DNA of 64,000 nucleotides from the IMG/VR virus record IMGVR_UViG_3300049482_000116, positions 4,142-68,141 of that record; one strand, given 5' to 3'. Below the pieces are notes generated by a model. The model did not search any database, was not told the DNA's origin, and was given only the letters and a program-made list of their open reading frames with translations. The DNA comes from a virus. The first letter of the stretch is position 1, and every line of letters starts with the position of its first letter. The translations under genes and the position numbers were made by a program. This document shows positions 52,386 through 60,194 of the stretch, one piece after another.

Positions 52386-53255
52386 TTAGGTAATCTTTTG
52401 AATTGTAGATAGAAAGAACTTCGCAAACTCTGCATGTCCCAAGTCTTTACACATATCGTTCCAATCCCGTGTATCGCTAGTCAAGGCAAAATGAGTTGCA
52501 CTTTCACCTTCTCGAAACTTCTTTAACATCTTCATGCCTGCATCATCACAATCAGGCGCAATAACTATCTTCATTCCTTGCTCTTTAAGCTCTTTAAGAG
52601 CTTCTTGATGATGCTTAGTAGCACCAGCTCCAGAGCAACTGATAGAACGCCATGGATTATTGTTAATTCCACCATAAGCTAAGTTAAGCGCTTGATTAAT
52701 TGCAATCGCGTTGAAACTGCCCTCTGTAACAACTATTGCTTTGACATTTCCAATAAATCGGGACTGGTTCCAACCATAAAATAAAAGACCCAGTCTTGTG
52801 CCAGGCAAAGTGTCCATTTTTTGGACTTCTCCATCTGGATGGACTCTTGGGATAATAAAGCGAGTCTGTGCTCCACAGAAATGATTATCAAAATAATAAG
52901 GGAAAACTATCCCCTCTCTTTCAATATCATAATACATATCTCCTTCAGCATTTAAACCACGAGACTTGATATATTCGATACCTGGAGCAGAACGAGGATC
53001 TGATAGTGGGATAAAACGCTGAGGCCAGCTTTGCACCGACACCTCGTTAGGTGGAGCCTCTTTAAAATCGAAATCGCCCTTCAAGAACTCAGGAAGCGAT
53101 ATATTTGCATAGTGGCAGTAATCGCGAATAGAGTAGCCGCGTTGACATTTGCCTTGACACCAAACCCAATATCCGCCGTCGTCGCCGACATGCCAATGCA
53201 AGCAGTCATTTTTTTTACCATCTTTACAGATGAGGCATTTCTTAGTGCTAATCAT
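52386..53255 (-). CDS. DNA primase (Zn finger + TOPRIM)
   Basis: CLIC...WCQGKC Zn ligands; IVVTEGSFN and PDCDDAG TOPRIM motifs. Confidence 0.85.
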   Translation of the reverse strand: MISTKKCLICKDGKKNDCLHWHVGDDGGYWVWCQGKCQRGYSIRDYCHYANISLPEFLKGDFDFKEAPPNEVSVQSWPQRFIPLSDPRSAPGIEYIKSRGLNAEGDMYYDIEREGIVFPYYFDNHFCGAQTRFIIPRVHPDGEVQKMDTLPGTRLGLLFYGWNQSRFIGNVKAIVVTEGSFNAIAINQALNLAYGGINNNPWRSISCSGAGATKHHQEALKELKEQGMKIVIAPDCDDAGMKMLKKFREGESATHFALTSDTRDWNDMCKDLGHAEFAKFFLSTIQKIT

Positions 53256-54250
53256 TTTGCCTTATCCATTGAACTCTGAAGTTTATCAAGAGCTCGCTCT
53301 GCTTGTTCTTTCTCAGAGATTTGCTTAAGAAATCGTCCTTTTTCGAATGGGCACGTTATCTTACTACCTGCAACTCCAAATCTATCTTTATGAATTATAA
53401 AGTCAGTAGTGAGTTCATCATGATTAGGGACAATTTCGATTATGACAGTAGCGGGCTCAACTATAGCAGAGCAGTCTTTTATCCTAGTATCTATATCGGA
53501 TCCTTTAGATGGTCTTTTGCTCTGAGAGTAAAGCTGAACAAACAAGCATACCGGAACCTCAGAGCTCTTAATATACTGACCAAGCCAAGTGCGAAGATCG
53601 TTTAACACATCGTAGGTAGTTCTGTCTGTTTGAGTAATAGAATACTTAATCAACTGATAATAGTCAATAAGAACACAACTAAAACCTTGTCCCTTAAGAG
53701 CATTTAAGGCACCCTTAACGCCCTCAATCTTTGTAGTAAGACCTTCTCGCCAAGTTACATCTAGAACTTTAACATACTTAGCAATTTCTGGCATCAAGGC
53801 GCAGATCTCTCTCAGCATTTCTTGGGGCATCGTACCCTTTTTATAGTCATTAAAATTAAAACCTTTTTCTAAGCAAGCAATACGCAGAAGGACGTCTTGT
53901 TCGGTTTCTTCGTTAGAAACAACTAAGACTTTTTTGCCTTGTTTCCAAAGAGGATATGAGATGTTAGCTGCGACCGTTGACTTACCAGATCCAGTATACG
54001 CACAGAATAAATATAGATTTTCACGAGTAAATGGAACAGCTGCCGTTAAACTATCATTGATGAGCGTAATGCGCTCACCTAACATCTTATTGTAGCCTGC
54101 GATGTTCCTATACATCTTAAGAAGGCTCTCACGATCGCCGAAGGTATTAATTTCGTCGAACGAGACCTCACAGGTCTCTGTGGTCGGCATTTTAGCCTTT
54201 TTTAACTGAGCATCCATCTGCTCTTTACTAAGTTGAGCCATCATCATCAC
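53252..54250 (-). CDS. DnaB-like (SF4) replicative helicase
   Basis: Walker A AYTGSGKST; VSNEE; Walker B VLIDYYQ; KDRFG arginine finger; true start probably one of the later Met codons. Confidence 0.85.
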   Translation of the reverse strand: MMMMAQLSKEQMDAQLKKAKMPTTETCEVSFDEINTFGDRESLLKMYRNIAGYNKMLGERITLINDSLTAAVPFTRENLYLFCAYTGSGKSTVAANISYPLWKQGKKVLVVSNEETEQDVLLRIACLEKGFNFNDYKKGTMPQEMLREICALMPEIAKYVKVLDVTWREGLTTKIEGVKGALNALKGQGFSCVLIDYYQLIKYSITQTDRTTYDVLNDLRTWLGQYIKSSEVPVCLFVQLYSQSKRPSKGSDIDTRIKDCSAIVEPATVIIEIVPNHDELTTDFIIHKDRFGVAGSKITCPFEKGRFLKQISEKEQAERALDKLQSSMDKAK

Positions 54251-54791
54251 CTAAAATGTTTTCGAGATCATCCATTGGATTATACGTCTGTTTAATCATA
54301 GCCCGCTCGAGCGCTTCTGTATTTAAACGTGGAAAAGAGTCAGCATATCGGCGTTGAGCTCTGTATTCCTTAGCAGACATACTTCCATAAATCTTTGGTT
54401 CTCCATCGTCATCTGGATCAACTTTAGGTCTAGGAAAGATGTCGAAAAACGATGCGGTGCCCTTGTCGGTTATATCTTGATTCCACTGATCGAGAAACTC
54501 TTTCTCAGTATAACAAGAGATTTTAGGGTTATCCTTACCAAATTTGTATATTTTTTTAGCTAAGCCTTGTGGAGGAAGATGAGCCTTAATAGCTTTAGCG
54601 AGAACAGCGTGTGCTTCTTCAAAAGAAGCGTTTGCACGTTTTAATTCTTCAAATAACTCGTCAAAATTACTTGTAACAGCAGCGTTAGAGCGATCTTTTT
54701 GCTTAAGATTAGCCTTCCACTCATCAAAAATTAGTTCTAAATTATTCTTGGTCATCGCTCGCCTCTTGGTCTTGAACGATAACATCACCAC
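54228..54791 (-). CDS. hypothetical protein, possibly helicase loader
   Basis: ORF coupled upstream of the helicase; likely start MTKNN after GAGG. Confidence 0.6.
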   Translation of the reverse strand: MVMLSFKTKRRAMTKNNLELIFDEWKANLKQKDRSNAAVTSNFDELFEELKRANASFEEAHAVLAKAIKAHLPPQGLAKKIYKFGKDNPKISCYTEKEFLDQWNQDITDKGTASFFDIFPRPKVDPDDDGEPKIYGSMSAKEYRAQRRYADSFPRLNTEALERAMIKQTYNPMDDLENILGDDDGST

Positions 54792-54948
54792 TTTTTAAGT
54801 TAGTAATTTGAATTTTTGCTGAGTTATTGACTTTGTCGATAAACAAGAGCTCTATCTTGTACTCATCGTTGATAACAAACGGACGGCGCTTACCTAACCA
54901 CCAGTAAAGTTGAGTTTTCAACTTGTTGACATAAGAAACATCATTCAT
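54742..54948 (-). CDS. small hypothetical protein
   Basis: GGAG SD before ATG 54948; TATAAT on - strand at 54975-54980. Confidence 0.65.
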   Translation of the reverse strand: MNDVSYVNKLKTQLYWWLGKRRPFVINDEYKIELLFIDKVNNSAKIQITNLKSGDVIVQDQEASDDQE

Positions 54949-55074
54949 AAAAATCTCCAAAAACGGTTATTTATATTATACATATAAATTCAGAAACTAA
55001 CACTCAAGCCAGTGCAAGATGAGGCAGTTCTAATGCTTATGGAAGAGGTAGTTTTATTTTAGACTTAAAAATTA

Positions 55075-55213
55075 GCCAGCAGGTTGGACTTGATTCCAAC
55101 TCACCGGAGTCACACCAGTCATACGTGCTACCGGATCTTTTCAAGAGTTTCTGGGGACTGGTATCCGGGATTTCTCCCACCTCTTAGGTGTGCCTTCCAC
55201 CGTCGCTGCTGAC
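55075..55213 (-). ncRNA. putative tRNA-like structured RNA, 139 nt
   Basis: 8-bp terminal stem GUCAGCAG/CUGCUGGC; T-arm-like GUUGG-AAUCAAGU-CCAAC; D-arm-like GGUG-GAAGGCA-CACC; GC-rich in an AT-rich spacer; TATAAC 6 nt upstream. Confidence 0.65.
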
Positions 55214-55247
55214 TTTAGGGTTATACCCGTTTAGTATAATACACTTT

Positions 55248-56639
55248 ATGCTTCCACACGCTCTAGTTAGTAATGACGCAATTACAATAACGGATCCTAG
55301 TCCTAGTATTGTTACGTGGGCTAATAAGAACTTAAGTTACACAGATAAATCTAAAGCTTACCAGTTACGCCGCATGTCTAAGAATGTATATCTTAGAAGT
55401 TCGCCTATTTATGCTAAACTTCAGGCCGAATCTAAGGGACAATTGCACAGTTTGGTAGATGATAAGCTCATCATTCCTAGTACATTCTTTAATGATATCA
55501 AAGATGAACTTGCTAAGTTTAGAATAACTGATTTAAGGAGCGAAACGGGTAAGAAGATTGTTGTTCCTTGGGTTAAAAAGCCCTTTGATCTTCGTCCATA
55601 TCAAGAAGAAGCAGTAGATCTGATGATGGCCAACTATCGTGGACTAATTAATCTTGCAACTGGACTAGGTAAGACACTTCTTGCTACACACCTGGTCCAG
55701 AGATACAAACGGCGTACACTTATAGTATGCCCATCTGAATCTGTAGCTAAACAGTTTTACAAACAGTTTGTAGATTGCTTTGGACAAAATAAGGTAGGTT
55801 TCTATGGCGGAGGCAAAAAGAAGATTAGTGACATTACAGTTGGTATCGCTGCTTCTATCACTAAAAATATTGGAGAGTTCAAGGATGCCGAACTCGGTCT
55901 CATTATATTTGATGAAACACATCACACCCCCGCTACCACGTTCTTTGATATCTCGAAAGGTCTGGCGTCGGTTGGCAAGATTTTTGGACTCACAGCTACA
56001 GACTATCGATCTGACGGAAAAGATGTGATGATCACTGGCGGATGTGGGCATGTCCTTATTAGACGTGACATCAAGTGGGGTGTAGAGAACGGATACCTTG
56101 CAGAACCAATCTTTATCGTCCGTAAAGTTCATACGACTGGTAAAGATCACAAAGATGATAAGTTAAAATCTTATAAGGCACACGTATTAAATGAACCACT
56201 AATGCTTCAGCAGATTGAGCAAGATGCAGCAAAGATGATGGCAGCAGGTAAATCTGTTCTTATCCTTGTTGATGAGGTTGCTCATGGAAAGATGCTCAGT
56301 GAAAATCTTAATATCCCGTTTGCTACCGGAATAGATGCAAAATCTCAAGAATATGTAGATCAGCTAAATGCTGGAAAAGTTAAGGGGTTAGTAGGTACCG
56401 ATGGAAAAATCGGAGAGGGTTCTGATACGCAGAACGTAGATGTTTTGATTCTAGCTAATTTCGTAGCATCTAAGGGGCCAGTTATTCAGGCAATAGGTCG
56501 AGGTCTACGGAAACAGGGCAGTAAAACGCACTGTTTGATTCTTGACTATATTCCACTAGGTTCAACTATGTTAAGTCGCCATGGAAACAACAGAGTTGAA
56601 ATGTATAAAGAAATTACTGAAAAAGTGAGGGTTTTATGA
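55248..56639 (+). CDS. superfamily 2 DNA helicase (UvsW-like)
   Basis: LRPYQ, LATGLGKT, FDETH, GLTAT, QAIGRGLR motifs; start moved to ATG 55248, 7 nt after TATAAT. Confidence 0.9.
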   Translation: MLPHALVSNDAITITDPSPSIVTWANKNLSYTDKSKAYQLRRMSKNVYLRSSPIYAKLQAESKGQLHSLVDDKLIIPSTFFNDIKDELAKFRITDLRSETGKKIVVPWVKKPFDLRPYQEEAVDLMMANYRGLINLATGLGKTLLATHLVQRYKRRTLIVCPSESVAKQFYKQFVDCFGQNKVGFYGGGKKKISDITVGIAASITKNIGEFKDAELGLIIFDETHHTPATTFFDISKGLASVGKIFGLTATDYRSDGKDVMITGGCGHVLIRRDIKWGVENGYLAEPIFIVRKVHTTGKDHKDDKLKSYKAHVLNEPLMLQQIEQDAAKMMAAGKSVLILVDEVAHGKMLSENLNIPFATGIDAKSQEYVDQLNAGKVKGLVGTDGKIGEGSDTQNVDVLILANFVASKGPVIQAIGRGLRKQGSKTHCLILDYIPLGSTMLSRHGNNRVEMYKEITEKVRVL

Positions 56640-56860
56640 ACTATATTAAGTCAAGAGATGAAGTCTTAAAAGAAGTTAAAGATAGAGTCTATTTAACAAT
56701 CAGCTACAACATGACTAACGTACATAATCAATCTATGTCTAATATAGGTTACACTATTCAAAATGCTATCGCAGATGGCATTACTGAAGGTATCAAGGTC
56801 TTAATGGAAAATACTTATACAGATCAACAGTTTGAACAGGATATTAAGCTTAGAACCTAG
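56636..56860 (+). CDS. hypothetical protein, 74 aa, TAG stop in frame with lysozyme
   Basis: GAGG SD; ATGA coupling to helicase. Confidence 0.65.
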   Translation: MNYIKSRDEVLKEVKDRVYLTISYNMTNVHNQSMSNIGYTIQNAIADGITEGIKVLMENTYTDQQFEQDIKLRT

Positions 56861-56872
56861 TATAATTAGGTT

Positions 56873-57409
56873 ATGGGCAGAAAAATCAGCAAGAACGGAT
56901 TAGAGCTAATTAAGGGTTTTGAAGGTTTATATTTAACAGCCTATCTAGACATAGTAGGTGTACCAACCATAGGTTTTGGTTGTACTGAAGGTGTCACTAA
57001 AGAAGATGTGGCTAATAAACGCACTATCACTGAGCAAGAAGCTATTGATATGATGATGAAAGAGTTAGATCGCTTCGAGAAGGGCGTTACTAAATACGTT
57101 ACCATCCCGATCAACCAGAATCAGTTCGATGCGCTTGTTTCATTCAGTTATAACGTAGGCCTTGGAGCTCTTCAGAAATCAACCCTATTGAAGATCCTGA
57201 ATGCAGGGGATATATCTGGAGCAGCAGAGCAGTTTCTTCGTTGGAATAAAGCCGGTGGAGTTGAAGTTAAGGGGCTTACTCGTAGACGTCAAGCAGAACG
57301 CTCACTATTTTTAAAATCTGAGACTCCTCCTGCCGGACTTCTTCCAGATGGCCCCAGCGAAGAAGAAATAAATAAAAAATTAGCTGATATTGAGAAAGAT
57401 TTGAAGTAG
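56873..57409 (+). CDS. lysozyme/endolysin (GH24)
   Basis: FEG...AYLD..GVPTIGFG catalytic E-D-T; NQNQFDALVSFSYNVG; GLTRRRQAE. Confidence 0.92.
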   Translation: MGRKISKNGLELIKGFEGLYLTAYLDIVGVPTIGFGCTEGVTKEDVANKRTITEQEAIDMMMKELDRFEKGVTKYVTIPINQNQFDALVSFSYNVGLGALQKSTLLKILNAGDISGAAEQFLRWNKAGGVEVKGLTRRRQAERSLFLKSETPPAGLLPDGPSEEEINKKLADIEKDLK

Positions 57410-57552
57410 AATATTAACTATGGGACTCTAGCTTAGCAAAAGAGTCCTACAACTTAAAAAGAAAGGGTAAAAATATGCATTAGGTTCATAAGCCTCCTTA
57501 AATCTTCTAGTTTGCCTCTGGATTTCAATAACCAAACTAACTAGGAGAACAT
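57407..57552 (+). promoter_or_regulatory. leader with promoter, two amber-interrupted minigenes and an SD-sequestering hairpin
   Basis: TAGAAT 57407-57412; ATG GGA CTC TAG...TAA (57420-57470); ATG CAT TAG GTT CAT AAG CCT CCT TAA (57475-57501); TCTTCTAGTT (57503-57512) complementary to AACTAGGAGA (57539-57548). Confidence 0.55.
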
Positions 57553-57996
57553 ATGAAAAATCAAATAAATCTATTAAAACAAGAGCTCAAGTCTCTTGCT
57601 AAAGAAATAACTACCAACCGAAAACTATATAAACAAGCTCAAAGAGAGGGTAAATCTCTTTGGAATATCCGCGTTCCTTCTTATGAATTCCGATATAAAC
57701 ATATCGTTTATTGTATGCTTAGAGGTCGAACCATTGAGCAGATTGAACGAAGTCATAAACCGGGCAAAGAGCCTAACATGCCATATATCGAAATGATGAT
57801 CAAGAAGGTGCAAGATGAAGCTTTACGTAGTAGTGAGATCGGATCTGTCGAAATCCCAACAAGCAGTTCAAGCGGGTCACGCTCTTGCGGAGCTCCTGCT
57901 GAAGCAACAACCGCGAAAGTGGAAGAATGGGACACTGGTTTACTTAAAGGTAAGGGATTTAGAATCTTTGGAGCTTTTAAAAGTCTCTTTAGATAA
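57553..57996 (+). CDS. hypothetical basic protein (YEFRYKHIVYCMLRGR motif)
   Basis: AGGAG SD; its C-terminal ~60 codons overlap the next gene. Confidence 0.75.
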   Translation: MKNQINLLKQELKSLAKEITTNRKLYKQAQREGKSLWNIRVPSYEFRYKHIVYCMLRGRTIEQIERSHKPGKEPNMPYIEMMIKKVQDEALRSSEIGSVEIPTSSSSGSRSCGAPAEATTAKVEEWDTGLLKGKGFRIFGAFKSLFR

Positions 57997-58123
57997 GTAT
58001 CAACAATATCCAGTACCATTTAAGGAGCCTGATATCGGAGATGAGATGACTGCCTTTGCACTTTTTGAGTGCACAGATCATGCAACTGCTCAATCTCTTT
58101 TGGATAACCTTCCTTTGATGTAA
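57815..58123 (+). CDS. peptidyl-tRNA hydrolase, PTH2-like fold
   Basis: KLYVVVRSDL..SQQAVQAGHA...LVYLKV...EPD.G...TA...L..LPLM matches the PTH2 family pattern; AAGG SD. Confidence 0.75.
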   Translation: MKLYVVVRSDLSKSQQAVQAGHALAELLLKQQPRKWKNGTLVYLKVRDLESLELLKVSLDKYQQYPVPFKEPDIGDEMTAFALFECTDHATAQSLLDNLPLM

Positions 58124-58138
58124 AAGTATAATATTGAT

Positions 58139-58212
58139 GCACCCGTAGCTCAGTGGCTGAGCAGGCGTCTCTAAAACGCTGGACGTGGGTTCGATCCCCA
58201 CCGGGTGCGCCA
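58139..58212 (+). tRNA. tRNA with CUA anticodon (amber suppressor)
   Basis: Acceptor GCACCCG/CGGGTGC, G73, encoded CCA; D arm GCTC/GAGC; anticodon stem GGCGT/ACGCT with loop CT-CTA-AA; T arm GTGGG-TTCGATC-CCCAC. Confidence 0.92.
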
Positions 58213-58219
58213 ATATTTT

Positions 58220-58561
58220 ATGCAAATCAATTCACAGTTATGTATATCAGGAAATTACAAGCGACAAAGATGCGTTCTTAGATTGTTAAGAAACATGTCA
58301 ACTAAGTATCACCATATAGTGGTTCATTTTACATTTAAAGAGCACAGACAATCCATATCACATGGTCTTATAGGTGATAAATTTACTGTCTTATTAGATA
58401 AGCTACCGATCGAGGCATTAGTTCATGCGGGCTCAATGACTTATTCATTTGACCAAAAACAACTTTCTAAGTTAAAAGCAGAATCTGATTTACGCTTCTT
58501 ATTAGATAAACTTCTTGCTAATCACCCTCATAGCTTACTATATAGGTATGAGTCTATATGA
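58220..58561 (+). CDS. hypothetical protein with LxxLL segments
   Basis: ATG at 58220 just after the tRNA; segments resemble the micro-ORFs at 1-673. Confidence 0.5.
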   Translation: MQINSQLCISGNYKRQRCVLRLLRNMSTKYHHIVVHFTFKEHRQSISHGLIGDKFTVLLDKLPIEALVHAGSMTYSFDQKQLSKLKAESDLRFLLDKLLANHPHSLLYRYESI

Positions 58562-59354
58562 TGATTTTAAGAAATATCGCGATCAGTACGGCCTAAACGG
58601 TCTTTACACAGATGGAACCAACGGTGAGTCAACTCAAAATGGCGCTCTGTTTACATTAGAGTATCTGATCTGTCTGATAAATGATCCAAACACCTCTGAT
58701 TCAGTTAAGCAAGCAGAAATAACTCGTTTGATATCTACATATGAAAGTCTAGAGACTTTTCCAGGAATATCATCAAGAGTTCCAGGTGGACAAGAATTTG
58801 ACTCCATGGACAATACTGGAGCAATCTTTACCTTCTCCGGTCTGTTCGATAACGGAAATTACTCAAAGCGTTCTTATATCCACGGATCTACTCAGCGAGC
58901 TGAAAGCATCGATCAAGGGCAGGGAGCAGATCTAAATAACAAGTATTATGTACTTGCTAAGTTAATGAGCGGTTGGAAAGCACCTAGATTCTTCTGGAAT
59001 AACAACAACCCAAAGCAGTTCTGTTTCTTTGGTTGGCACGGTCGTTCGCCCGGTCATATAGCATATCTTAAGATGACTGCTGGAAAATGGGTTGGACCAC
59101 TTGGTCAACTCAGTATCTTAGTTGGGCAATTTCTTGGATGCTTTGCAGACAAAGGTAATGCAGATGCTAGAAAATTGCCCTATATCAATTGGCAATACTT
59201 AAAGAAGCGTAATTTTATATGGAAGGGCTTCTACAAACTTTGGTGCCAAATTCTTATCAAGCAATACCCAAACGGAATGCAAGACGTCTACCGTATGTAC
59301 TATGGTGACCCAAATCATCCTATGCGAACTTATCCAAAGACCTTTGAACCGTAA
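58548..59354 (+). CDS. hypothetical protein
   Basis: About 268-aa ORF from ATG 58548; aromatic-rich; no family recognised. Confidence 0.7.
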   Translation: MSLYDDFKKYRDQYGLNGLYTDGTNGESTQNGALFTLEYLICLINDPNTSDSVKQAEITRLISTYESLETFPGISSRVPGGQEFDSMDNTGAIFTFSGLFDNGNYSKRSYIHGSTQRAESIDQGQGADLNNKYYVLAKLMSGWKAPRFFWNNNNPKQFCFFGWHGRSPGHIAYLKMTAGKWVGPLGQLSILVGQFLGCFADKGNADARKLPYINWQYLKKRNFIWKGFYKLWCQILIKQYPNGMQDVYRMYYGDPNHPMRTYPKTFEP

Positions 59355-59356
59355 GT

Positions 59357-59505
59357 TGGAAGGCCACCCTTCCACTTCCTGAACTAATAAAGATACTCTT
59401 ATCTCGTCTTCAGTTGCAACGCAACTGAAAGCGCGCGTAGCGCGCGATACTGGTGTGAGCTCTATAGGGATAGATAGAAGATAGACGGGAGGTGATTATA
59501 TAATC
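59357..59505. other. cluster of perfect hairpins and a palindrome in an intergenic region
   Basis: TGGAAGG-CCAC-CCTTCCA; TTCAGTTGC-AAC-GCAACTGAA; GCGCGC-GTA-GCGCGC; palindrome GATTATATAATC. Confidence 0.6.
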
Positions 59506-59595
59506 TTTATGATACCTTTCACGATGGCATTTTCCACTCAGTGCTAAAAATAAATATCATGTTAACTTTAAAAACATGTTCTGTATAAATACATC

Positions 59596-60111
59596 ATGAA
59601 TAATGAAGAAATTAAGTCACAGTTAGCATCACTTCACCAAGAATGTTTCAAAATTGAGTGCGAAGTTATGGCCGAAGGCAAACTTCCCAATAAAAAAAAT
59701 GCTTCTGATGCTGGCTTTGATCTCTATGCCATAGACGATATTGTTATCTATCCAGGTCAAGCAATGCGTGTACCACTTAATATTCGCTTAAAACTACCTC
59801 AAGGAACTTGGGCTAACATAACAGGCAAGTCAGGACTAGGGGCACAGGGACTTCTTGTCCATGCTGGAGTGATCGACCAAGATTACCGCGGTATTCCTCA
59901 TGTTGTAATGGCAAATATAAATTTAATTGAGCGGATAGATGAAGAAGGTTATCCGATAATGCGTGTAAAGCCTATTGTTGTACGTAAAGGTGAAAAACTT
60001 GCTCAACTCATTATGAATCCCTACTCTGCTGCTTTCTATATTGAAGAAGTTGAGTCGGTCGATACTAATACAGCAAGAGGCGAAGGTGGATTTGGAAGTA
60101 CAGGTAAATAA
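59596..60111 (+). CDS. dut: trimeric dUTPase
   Basis: DAGFDL, KSG, GVIDQDYRG, KLAQL, RGEGGFGSTG motifs. Confidence 0.95.
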   Translation: MNNEEIKSQLASLHQECFKIECEVMAEGKLPNKKNASDAGFDLYAIDDIVIYPGQAMRVPLNIRLKLPQGTWANITGKSGLGAQGLLVHAGVIDQDYRGIPHVVMANINLIERIDEEGYPIMRVKPIVVRKGEKLAQLIMNPYSAAFYIEEVESVDTNTARGEGGFGSTGK

Positions 60112-60194
60112 GTTAACTTACTATGTGCAACCAGATAATTTAAACTAAGACCAAGACATCCGAGTATAAAGCTTCTATACTAGGAGTATACGCC

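Noticed and set aside
55075-55213. Calling the structured RNA tmRNA or tRNA-Sec
   Set aside because: No G3-U70 pair or tag reading frame and too short for standard tmRNA; no UCA anticodon arm despite the 8-bp stem
55188-55247. Track start of the SF2 helicase at 55188
   Set aside because: It overlaps the antisense structured RNA and lies upstream of the TATAAT; ATG 55248 fits better
58139-58212. Reading the tRNA as Arg(TCT)
   Set aside because: The 5-bp stem GGCGT/ACGCT fixes a 7-nt loop CTCTAAA whose central triplet is CTA; centring TCT breaks the stem
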